Below, piece by piece: positions 56,112 to 64,000 of a DNA stretch of 64,000 nt. Made by a program: the position numbers and the translations under genes. Location of the stretch: the NCBI GenBank assembly GCA_043584915.1, contig CP121319.1, positions 2,863,228 to 2,927,227 of the forward strand, read 5' to 3'. The notes below the pieces were generated by a model, which saw nothing but the letters and a program-made list of their open reading frames with translations, made no database searches and was not told where the DNA came from. Numbering within the stretch: the stretch's first letter is position 1; each line of letters opens with the position of its first letter. The DNA comes from Fluviicola sp. Lineage in GTDB: Bacteria > Bacteroidota > Bacteroidia > Flavobacteriales_D > Crocinitomicaceae.

Positions 56112-56558
56112 TTACTCACCTACAACCTCAAAAGAGAAAGTTGTCTTTACATCTTTATGAAGGTTTGCAGTTGCTTCGTATGTACCAACCTCACGGATTG
56201 GCTCATCTTTAATTTTCAATGATTTACGATCGATATCCAATCCTTCCTTACGGATCGTCTCAGCCAATTGAATAGCGTTCACAGAACCAAAGATTTTTCC
56301 GCTTTCCCCAACTTTCGTAGTGATCGTTAGTGTAAGTGCGTTCAACTTGTTTCCAAGCTCTTCCGCCTCAGCCAAAACTTTAGAATCTTTGTGTGATTTT
56401 TGTTTCATGATTTCTTCATGAGCCTTCTTTGCAGAAGCGGTTGCCAAAACAGCATACCCTTGAGGAATCAAGAAATTACGACCGTATCCTGGTTTTACAG
56501 TTACCACTTCGTTGGTATATCCCAGGTTGTCTACGTTTTTCTTTAAAATTACTTCCAT
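56112..56558 (-). CDS. rplI: 50S ribosomal protein L9
   Basis: MEVILKKNVDNLGYTNEVVTVKPGYGRNFLIPQGYAV is the canonical L9 N-terminus. Confidence 0.95.
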   Translation of the reverse strand: MEVILKKNVDNLGYTNEVVTVKPGYGRNFLIPQGYAVLATASAKKAHEEIMKQKSHKDSKVLAEAEELGNKLNALTLTITTKVGESGKIFGSVNAIQLAETIRKEGLDIDRKSLKIKDEPIREVGTYEATANLHKDVKTTFSFEVVGE

Positions 56559-56590
56559 TTTCTTTGAAATTTCGTGTTCAACCTCGGAGA

Positions 56591-56854
56591 TTATTTCAAC
56601 ATATCTGCAACGTAAGGCATCAAAGCAAGGTGACGAGCACGCTTTACCGCTTTGTTTACACGACGTTGGTATTTCGCAGAAGTTCCTGTGATGCGACGTG
56701 GTAAAATTTTACCTTGTTCGTTGATTAACTTCAACAAGAAGTCAGCGTCTTTGTAATCAACATATTTGATACCGCTTTTCTTGAAACGGCAGTATTTATT
56801 CTTTTTGATCTCGATGTTAATCGGATTCAAATAACGAACATCATTTTGAGCCAT
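56591..56854 (-). CDS. rpsR: 30S ribosomal protein S18
   Basis: [15 protein letters not shown]...[32 protein letters not shown]. Confidence 0.95.
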   Translation of the reverse strand: MAQNDVRYLNPINIEIKKNKYCRFKKSGIKYVDYKDADFLLKLINEQGKILPRRITGTSAKYQRRVNKAVKRARHLALMPYVADMLK

Positions 56855-56913
56855 TGTATTGTTCTTTTAATAGCGCTTGCGCCGATGTTTCAGCGTAAGC
56901 TAATGGTTAGTAA

Positions 56914-57260
56914 TTAAGCCTCCGCTTCCGCTGACTTTTTTGATCCCAATCGTGTACGACGCTTCTCAGAGTACTCTAAGTGGTCTTTGTCCATGCGTAC
57001 CGTTAAGAAACGCATAACACGCTCGTCACGCTTAAATTCAACTTCTAGTTCGTTGATCGCTGATCCTGGTGCTTCAAATTCTGTCAGGAAGTAAAAACCG
57101 GTAGACTTCTTCTGAATTGGGTACGCCAACTTGCGCAATCCCCATGTTTCAGATTGGTTTACCTTACCACCCAATGAGCCTCGAATTTCTGCACTGCTTC
57201 CTTTGTCTGTTCATCAGACAAAACGGGAGTCAAGATGAAAACAGTTTCGTAAGAATTCAT
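56914..57260 (-). pseudogene. rpsF: 30S ribosomal protein S6 gene split by a 1-nt frameshift (or sequencing error)
   Basis: 57159-57260 encodes [29 protein letters not shown] and then stops. 56914-57174, in the frame offset by one nucleotide, encodes [28 protein letters not shown]...[11 protein letters not shown]. Together they make a normal ~115-aa S6. Confidence 0.85.
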
Positions 57261-57406
57261 AAAAAAGTGTTGAAGCTAAACAGCAAAAGCGAGGGCAAAG
57301 ATAAAAAATTAATCAATTGATACAGAATGGAACAAAAGAAAAAAGCCTTGGTGCTGAGGTTTTCCCAGTTCCAAGGCTTTTTATAAGTAATCAAGATGTA
57401 TTTGAT

Positions 57407-57883
57407 CTATGGTACCTCCATACAATCAACATTTGGAATTTGATTATAAATCGTAGGACACGCTTCAAAGTTTTGTAGTTCATATGAGTGTGTCGTTCCG
57501 TCTGCATTCGTCTCGGTGACAATCACACGCGCGTGAACTATTGCAGGGTCACAAGTAGAAATGGTGTAATCTGGTTGCATCTCTTCTGTAATTGAAGTTG
57601 CGAGCAATTGCTGCATGGTTCCCGAAATCTCGCCAAGTGACTTTTTTAATCCTTCAGCATCTCCTGCCTTCATCATTTTGTACTCTTCCGGCGTTAACTG
57701 GAATGAGAAGCGTGCGTTCTTTTTCATTTCTAGAAATTCTGCATACGCTATTTGTTGCTCTTTGGTCATTTTCACCGGTTGTGCCTCAGATAATGTAGCA
57801 GTGTTTTGAGCCATTGCTCCAGATGTTGAGCTTGCAAGTACCAATGCCAATACCGCAATGTTTTTCTTAAATAGTGTTTTCAT
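57407..57883 (-). CDS. Secreted hypothetical protein (158 aa)
   Basis: Internal start MKTLFKKNIAVLALVLASSTSGAMAQ is a signal peptide. The upstream part of the track ORF is unlikely to be coding. Confidence 0.55.
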   Translation of the reverse strand: MKTLFKKNIAVLALVLASSTSGAMAQNTATLSEAQPVKMTKEQQIAYAEFLEMKKNARFSFQLTPEEYKMMKAGDAEGLKKSLGEISGTMQQLLATSITEEMQPDYTISTCDPAIVHARVIVTETNADGTTHSYELQNFEACPTIYNQIPNVDCMEVP

Positions 57884-58165
57884 AATGTAAAAATTTAATT
57901 GTTTACACCTTCGTTCCACTAACTTGGAGAAACCTAACCGCAGAAATACATTTTTTTGAAAAAAAGATTCAAATAACTCATGAAAACCTCCAAACTCGTA
58001 GTTGATGAGCATTGAAATTATAATACAAGCGCGCAAATTTAGCGCTAAGCAACGGTTTGTCTTTCAGTTAAATTTGAGTGAAGAAATAGTTTACGATGCT
58101 TTGTGCCCGGACTTTTCCCGAACATTTTGTTTATTTGGTTCATAATTAATCTTGAAACTTTCGTT

Positions 58166-59572
58166 ATGACCGGAATAGTTCTGTTTTTTAGTTTAACCGT
58201 ACTCAGTTTATTTAATCTTCTAGCTCAAGACAATATTGACATGCGTACTTTGAGTCTTGAAACAAAGAGTGATCACTTCAAAGTAGTTGCTTCGGATAGT
58301 GTTAGTTTTATAGCCGTTCATGTAGAATCTAAAAGCGTGTACATAAGGCGACATGATTTTAATGGTGAAATTCTTGAAGAATCAAGATATACTCAAATAC
58401 TACCATTCGATACAGACGAGAAATCATTTAGTTTGAGAGTAAAAACCAATTCAAACACAGCCAACATCTTTATTTACGATCAACTGCAATCTAAATATGG
58501 AAATGTAATAATGCTTTCAGTGAATTTGGAAGATATACATGATATGAACACGAATGTTTTTACAGCGCCAGTCAAGAAATCGGGAAAAGTAAATGTAGGA
58601 GTGTACGAATTTGACATGAATGGATTTACAATTGTAAGCAGGTCACAAGCGTCTAAAGGGACTACTATGATATATGCGGAAAGATTTACCTATGATCTTA
58701 AAAGTATACACTCCCTTCGCAAAGAAATTAACTTGAAGCAAAGAGATATGACTATTAATGGAGTTGTCTCAAGCACGGAGAATATTCACGTTTATTATTC
58801 GGATTATAGCAAGGAGAAGTTAGAAAGTCTTTTTGATGTTTCGTTGGATGGGATTGAAGAATACGATATTGGCGAGGATCGATTGAGTAATATTGATATT
58901 TTTGGATTGAACAATGGTATCGCATTTGTTGTAAGGCAATATGATGCAAGACCTGGTGCGATTGTAGCGTTTGATTACAAAAAAAGATCAATTCGAATTG
59001 AGAAAGTCAAACAAAAAAACTGGGAAGTAATTCAATCATCGCAGAAGGTTCTTATCGACTCATCCAATTATACGGCGAGAAAATCTAACCTCGCCAAGTT
59101 GCATAATGGAGAATTGGAAGGTGCGATGGCGAATTCACCAAGTGGTTTTAAACTGAATGGAATTATCGTTTTAGATAGCAACATTCATGTGTTATTTAAT
59201 CATGGCAATCTTTATCCTAATGCTTATCCTTCCTTTGGAACTAATATTTCGTCAATAAACTTTAGCTCAAACTTGGAATATAGTGGGCAAAACAATTTCA
59301 TTAAAAGTACGTGGCATAAATTAACAACTCAAAGGCAACATGATTATTGCACTCGTATAATAGAGGGTAAAATCTTTATCTATTACCTGGATAAAAAAGG
59401 CAAAGGCTTGTTCGAGGGACTCGTAAACTCTCAAGAAGAACCAGAGAAGCTCATTCATTCTGAAGACTTAAATGAAAGTGGCTTTAATATGGAAATGTCT
59501 AGCGTTATTGGAAATAAAGTTTTTATTCCAATCACTGACAAGGAAAATAAACTTGTAGTAATTAATCGATAG
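58166..59572 (+). CDS. Hypothetical exported/membrane-anchored protein (468 aa)
   Basis: Start MTGIVLFFSLTVLSLFNLLAQ. Beta-rich, with no domain recognised. Confidence 0.55.
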   Translation: MTGIVLFFSLTVLSLFNLLAQDNIDMRTLSLETKSDHFKVVASDSVSFIAVHVESKSVYIRRHDFNGEILEESRYTQILPFDTDEKSFSLRVKTNSNTANIFIYDQLQSKYGNVIMLSVNLEDIHDMNTNVFTAPVKKSGKVNVGVYEFDMNGFTIVSRSQASKGTTMIYAERFTYDLKSIHSLRKEINLKQRDMTINGVVSSTENIHVYYSDYSKEKLESLFDVSLDGIEEYDIGEDRLSNIDIFGLNNGIAFVVRQYDARPGAIVAFDYKKRSIRIEKVKQKNWEVIQSSQKVLIDSSNYTARKSNLAKLHNGELEGAMANSPSGFKLNGIIVLDSNIHVLFNHGNLYPNAYPSFGTNISSINFSSNLEYSGQNNFIKSTWHKLTTQRQHDYCTRIIEGKIFIYYLDKKGKGLFEGLVNSQEEPEKLIHSEDLNESGFNMEMSSVIGNKVFIPITDKENKLVVINR

Positions 59573-59783
59573 AATTTGTGTTGTAATTGCCCGGGAGAAA
59601 TGGAAATATTTTGATTTTTCTTGTAAAATGGAGGTTAAACCCACTTTTTATCCCGGCATCTCGGACTCTTGTCACTTTGGTGTTCTTTGTGTTTATTGAA
59701 TACCCGCTCTTTGTCTTTTCCTCAACAATTTCGTAAATTCGCGGCACTTGAAATCGAGTAAATAATTACAAAATCACACGTTT

Positions 59784-62561
59784 ATGAGCATGTATCAAGA
59801 GTACCTGAAGGAGATCGAAGAGAGAAAAGATCAAGGACTTCACCCTAAACCAATCGATGGGGCAGATTTGTTAAGCGAAATCATTTCGCAAATCAAAGAC
59901 GCGGGAAATGCACATAGGCAGGAATCACTCAAATTTTTCATTTATAACACACTTCCAGGAACAACAAGCGCAGCAACAGTGAAAGCGCAGTTCTTGAAAG
60001 AAATTATTTTGGGTGAAGAAACGGTTGCTGAAATTACTCCAACTTTCGCATTCGAACAGCTTTCGCACATGAAAGGAGGGCCTTCAATCAACGCTCTGTT
60101 GGATTTAGCACTTGGAAACGATGCAGCTATTGCAGCAGAAGCAGCGAAAGTATTAAAAACACAAGTGTTCTTGTACGAAGCAGACACAGCGCGTTTGGAA
60201 GAAGCGCACAACGCTGGAAATGCACTCGCAACAGATATCATCAAAAGCTACGCGCAAGCAGAGTTCTTTACCAAACTTCCAGAAGTTGATGAGAAAATTG
60301 ACGTAGTAACGTACATCGCTGGGGTAGGAGATATCTCTACAGATTTGTTATCGCCAGGTGCAGATGCACATTCGCGCTCAGATCGTGAGTTGCACGGACA
60401 ATCCATCTTCGAGCACAACAAAGACATGCAAAAAGAAGTTTTGGCCCTGAAAGAGCAGCATCCAGACAAACGCATTATGTTAATCGCTGAGAAAGGAACC
60501 ATGGGGGTTGGATCATCTCGTATGTCAGGTGTAAACAACGTAGCACTTTGGACAGGTATTCCTTCAAGTCCATACGTACCCTTTATCAATATCGCTCCTG
60601 TAATTGCCGGAACGAATGGAATTTCACCTATTTTCTTAACTACCGTTGGCGTAACAGGAGGAATAGGAATTGATCTTCAAAACTGGGTGAAGAAAAAAGA
60701 TGCAGACGGCAATACAATTGTCGATAAAGATGGAGAGCCTGTGTTGGAACAAACGTATTCGGTAGATACGGGCACGGTACTGACAATCAATACAAAAACA
60801 AAAAAACTATACAACGGAGACAAAGAGTTGAAAGACATCTCTACAGCTTTAACGCCACAAAAGATGGAGTTTATCAAAGCAGGAGGTTCTTACGCCGTGG
60901 TCTTCGGGAAGAAATTGCAAACCTTTGCTGCGAAAGTGCTAGGAATTGAAGTGCCGCAAGTATATGCAACTTCTAAAGAGATTTCAATTGAAGGACAAGG
61001 CTTGACGGCTGTGGAGAAAATCTTCAATAAAAACGCAGTGGGAACTACTCTAGGGAAAACATTGCATGCAGGATCAGACGTTCGCGTTGAGGTAAACATA
61101 GTTGGATCTCAAGATACCACAGGTTTGATGACATCGCAAGAGTTGGAAATGATGGCCGCAACGGTTATTTCTCCAATTGTAGATGGAGCCTACCAGTCGG
61201 GATGTCACACAGCATCAGTTTGGGACGATAAATCGAAAGCGAACATTCCGCGTTTGATGAAATTCATGAACGATTTTGGATTAATTACAGCACGCGATCC
61301 GAAAGGGGAGTACCATGCAATGACCGACGTGATTCACAAAGTATTGAACGATATCGCTGTTGACGATTGGGACGTTATTATCGGTGGAGATTCGCACACA
61401 AGAATGTCGAAAGGTGTTGCTTTTGGTGCCGATTCAGGAACTGTTGCCCTGGCACTTGCAACCGGAGAAGCTACCATGCCGATTCCGCAATCGGTGAAAG
61501 TGACCTTCAAAGGAGAAATGAGAAGCTTCATGGATTTCCGCGATGTAGTGCATGCAACACAACAGCAAATGTTGAAGCAATTTGGTGGAGAAAATGTATT
61601 CCAGGGACGCATCATTGAAGTGCACATCGGAACATTAACATCCGACCAGGCCTTTACATTCACCGATTGGACAGCAGAAATGAAAGCGAAAGCATCCATT
61701 TGCGTTTCTGAAGATGAAACCTTGATTGAATCGTTGGAGATTGCACGCGATCGAATCCAAATCATGATCAACAAAGGAATGGACAACGAGAAGCAAGTGC
61801 TTCAAGGATTGGTGGACAAAGCCAACACGCGTATCACAGAAGTGAAAACGGGAATCAAACCTGCTTTGCGTCCAGATGCCAATGCAAATTATTACGCTGA
61901 AGTAGTCATCGATCTGGATGAAATCGCGGAACCAATGATTGCCGATCCAGACGTAAACAATGAAGACGTTTCAAAACGATACACACACGATACCATTCGT
62001 CCTTTGTCTTTCTACGGAGGAACAAAAAAGGTAGATCTTGGATTCGTTGGATCGTGTATGGTGCACAAAGGAGATATGAAAATTCTTGCACAAATGTTGA
62101 AAAACATCGAGGCACAGACAGGAGCGGTTGAATTCAAAGCTCCATTGGTTGTAGCACCTCCAACATACAATATTGTGGATGAGCTAAAAGCAGAAGGCGA
62201 TTGGGATGTATTGCAGAAATACGCCGGTTTCGTATTTGATGACAGTCAACCAAAGGATGCAGCGCGCACCAAGTATGAAAACAAATTGTATTTAGAGCGT
62301 CCAGGATGTAACCTGTGTATGGGAAATCAAGAGAAAGCGGAACCTGGTGACACCGTAATGGCAACGTCAACACGCTTGTTCCAGGGACGCGTGGTAAAAG
62401 ACTCAGGAGAGAAGAAAGGAGAGTCCTTGTTATCTTCCACGCCGGTAGTGGTGCTTTCAACCGTTTTGGGAAGAACTCCAACTATGGAAGAATATGAAGC
62501 TGCTGTTGAGGGAATTGTCCTCACGAAATTCAAGCCATCAACAAAGCAATTGGTGAAGTAA
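59784..62561 (+). CDS. acnB: Aconitate hydratase B / 2-methylisocitrate dehydratase
   Basis: Collinear with AcnB hallmarks: N-terminal HEAT-like domain (EYLKEIEERKDQGLHPKPID), GSQDTTG, GGDSHTR, FVGSCM, PGCNLCMGNQ. Confidence 0.9.
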   Translation: MSMYQEYLKEIEERKDQGLHPKPIDGADLLSEIISQIKDAGNAHRQESLKFFIYNTLPGTTSAATVKAQFLKEIILGEETVAEITPTFAFEQLSHMKGGPSINALLDLALGNDAAIAAEAAKVLKTQVFLYEADTARLEEAHNAGNALATDIIKSYAQAEFFTKLPEVDEKIDVVTYIAGVGDISTDLLSPGADAHSRSDRELHGQSIFEHNKDMQKEVLALKEQHPDKRIMLIAEKGTMGVGSSRMSGVNNVALWTGIPSSPYVPFINIAPVIAGTNGISPIFLTTVGVTGGIGIDLQNWVKKKDADGNTIVDKDGEPVLEQTYSVDTGTVLTINTKTKKLYNGDKELKDISTALTPQKMEFIKAGGSYAVVFGKKLQTFAAKVLGIEVPQVYATSKEISIEGQGLTAVEKIFNKNAVGTTLGKTLHAGSDVRVEVNIVGSQDTTGLMTSQELEMMAATVISPIVDGAYQSGCHTASVWDDKSKANIPRLMKFMNDFGLITARDPKGEYHAMTDVIHKVLNDIAVDDWDVIIGGDSHTRMSKGVAFGADSGTVALALATGEATMPIPQSVKVTFKGEMRSFMDFRDVVHATQQQMLKQFGGENVFQGRIIEVHIGTLTSDQAFTFTDWTAEMKAKASICVSEDETLIESLEIARDRIQIMINKGMDNEKQVLQGLVDKANTRITEVKTGIKPALRPDANANYYAEVVIDLDEIAEPMIADPDVNNEDVSKRYTHDTIRPLSFYGGTKKVDLGFVGSCMVHKGDMKILAQMLKNIEAQTGAVEFKAPLVVAPPTYNIVDELKAEGDWDVLQKYAGFVFDDSQPKDAARTKYENKLYLERPGCNLCMGNQEKAEPGDTVMATSTRLFQGRVVKDSGEKKGESLLSSTPVVVLSTVLGRTPTMEEYEAAVEGIVLTKFKPSTKQLVK

Positions 62562-62583
62562 ATTCATAGCCAAATAATTGAAA

Positions 62584-62631
62584 AGCCCCGGTCATCAAGC
62601 ACAGTCGAGATGTCGGGGCTTTGTTGTTTTT
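62584..62631 (+). terminator. Rho-independent terminator of acnB
   Basis: Stem agccccg / cggggct with an internal catc/gatg extension, followed by tttgttgttttt. Confidence 0.6.
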
Positions 62632-62649
62632 AAGCATTACTAATTTATT

Positions 62650-62920
62650 ACGCATCATTCAAATCTCAGCTCACCCTTCGAGTGTCTCACCCTTCGAGCG
62701 CATCGCTTTCGCAAAGCTCCTTCTCCAAAGTATTACGAAGGAGAAGCTCCAGCGGAGCAAAGCTCACCCTTCGAGAGCCTCACCCTTCGAGAGCCTCAGG
62801 GTTCGGGGATTTATTATCCATTATCAATTATTCATTATTTCAATCTTTATCGAGTGCCTCACCCTTCGCGTGAAATTCATAACGCATCATTCCTCATTCG
62901 ATTGCCTCAGGGTTCATGGT
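62650..62920. repeat. Intergenic array of short repeats (ctcacccttcgag and the variant gcctcagggttc)
   Basis: ctcacccttcg(a/c)g occurs at 62670, 62686, 62763, 62779 and 62858. The variant gcctcagggttc occurs at 62793 and 62904. Also acgcatcattc at about 62650 and 62882. Confidence 0.75.
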
Positions 62921-63072
62921 ATTGCTAACTCATCATTAATAATTCAACATTCATCATCCCTTATTTCCTCCATAGAGAATATCTATATACCTAGGTATTA
63001 TTTTGATGGACTTTACTTTGTGCTTCACGCAAAAAATGGTATTATAACGGTGAAAATTAAGCAGAGATAAGA

Positions 63073-64000
63073 ATGGTATTTGATTTAGACATGATTAAAG
63101 AGGTGTACGCGCGTTATCCAGAACGAATTGCGGCAGCTCGAAAGGCAGTGGACAAACCGCTGACGTTAGCAGAAAAGATATTATACACGCACTTGTGGGA
63201 CGGCCCTGCAACGACGGCGCACGAAAGAGGAAATTCTTACGTGAATTTTGATCCGGATCGTGTAGCAATGCAAGTGTATGCAAATCCAGAACAATATTTC
63301 GATCAGGTGATTGAAATCAACCTAAGCGAATTGACTCCTCACTTAAACGGACCATTTACGCCAGATTTGGCTACGCCAGTTGCTGAAATGAAAGAAGCAG
63401 CAAAAGCAAACGACTGGCCAACAGATATTGAATGGGCATTAATCGGATCATGTACCAATTCTTCGTATGAAGACTTGACACGCGCAGCCTCCATTGTAGA
63501 AGATGCCATATCCAAAGGAGTAAGTCCCAAATCGATTTTAGGAATTAACCCCGGTTCAGAACAAGTGCGTTTCACAGCAGAACGCGATGGTTTGTTGGAC
63601 ACATTCAAGAAATTTGATTCGGTTCGAATTTTCACCAATGCCTGTGGACCATGTATTGGTCAGTGGGACAGAGAAGGAGCGGATAAGGAAGAAAAGAATT
63701 CCATTGTACACTCTTTCAATAGAAACTTTGCGAAACGCGCCGATGGCAATCCGAATACGCATGCATTTGTGACCTCGCCAGAAATGGTGGCGGCAATTGC
63801 ACTTGCAGGACGATTGGACTTTAATCCGATTTCTGATACACTCACCAACGAAAGTGGGGAAGAGGTGAAGTTGAAGGAACCATCAGGAATAGGGGCGAAA
63901 TTGTTGATCAAAGCATTCGGAAAATGTACTACGGATCACATTTCAATGGCAGGACCTTGGTTGCGTTACCGTGGTCACCTTGATAACATTTCAAACAACT
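63073..64000 (+). pseudogene. acnA: Aconitate hydratase A (mitochondrial-type) gene with two apparent large in-frame internal deletions; runs off the window end
   Basis: A single open frame: ...[12 protein letters not shown]...[10 protein letters not shown] | [31 protein letters not shown]...[11 protein letters not shown]...[10 protein letters not shown]...[24 protein letters not shown]...KEPSGI | [36 protein letters not shown]. The segment that normally holds GTDSHT and related residues (about 250 aa) and a later ~50 aa are absent. Confidence 0.6.

Noticed and set aside
62650-62920. Possible CRISPR array
   Set aside because: The repeat units are only 13-16 nt with irregular spacing of 3-65 nt. 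There is no 28-37-nt repeat/spacer periodicity and no cas genes.
62621-63070. 149-aa + strand ORF across the acnB-acnA spacer
   Set aside because: It is built from the short DNA repeats (the repeated HPSS.SPFE translation), starts inside the acnB terminator region, and looks non-coding.

Overview
Window from a Bacteroidota-like chromosome (about 40% GC, tightly packed operons; the taxon is an inference). All calls come from reading motifs in the ORF track and the DNA; no homology search was possible.

Layout:
- 1-8143 (- strand): a 1,412-aa DUF4157-type polymorphic toxin. Downstream of it lie immunity-like genes and at least two orphan toxin cassettes. The orphans are interrupted by a family of ~40-nt palindrome-bearing insertions.
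- 8174-27493 (- strand): an extracellular contractile injection system (eCIS, Afp/PVC-like) operon. It encodes DUF4255 cap, sheath, tube, LysM tube initiator, VgrG spike, PAAR, gp25, a gp6/J-like baseplate gene (split by a frameshift), an Afp12-like baseplate protein, a large PKD-bearing fibre-like protein, a tape-measure-like protein, and an AAA+ ATPase destroyed by an internal deletion.
- 27903-29480: comM/yifB.
- 29607-31164: a Kiwa-like (KwaA/KwaB-like) gene pair.
- about 31356-31717: a MITE-like structured element.
- 31920-37499: a TPR-CHAT protease, a secreted protein, and an ECF sigma/anti-sigma pair.
- 37620-50079 (+ strand): a seven-gene operon. It encodes an intact paralog of the eCIS ATPase, five mosaic ankyrin-repeat paralogs and a 1,960-aa protein with no recognisable domain.
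- 50080-64000: housekeeping genes. These are a lipoprotein, a FecBCD-type ABC importer, a 7TM-PP2C sensor, rpsF-rpsR-rplI, acnB, a repeat-rich spacer and a damaged acnA.

Most interesting: the ATPase/ankyrin/giant-protein operon looks like a previously undescribed accessory module of the eCIS. It shares a 13-nt upstream motif with the eCIS operon, in the same orientation relative to transcription. The eCIS toxin also shows Rhs/CdiA-style orphan-cassette architecture.

Caveat: several genes carry frameshifts or deletions (rpsF, baseplate J, ATPase, acnA, 7TM sensor). Assembly quality should be checked before any of them is interpreted biologically.
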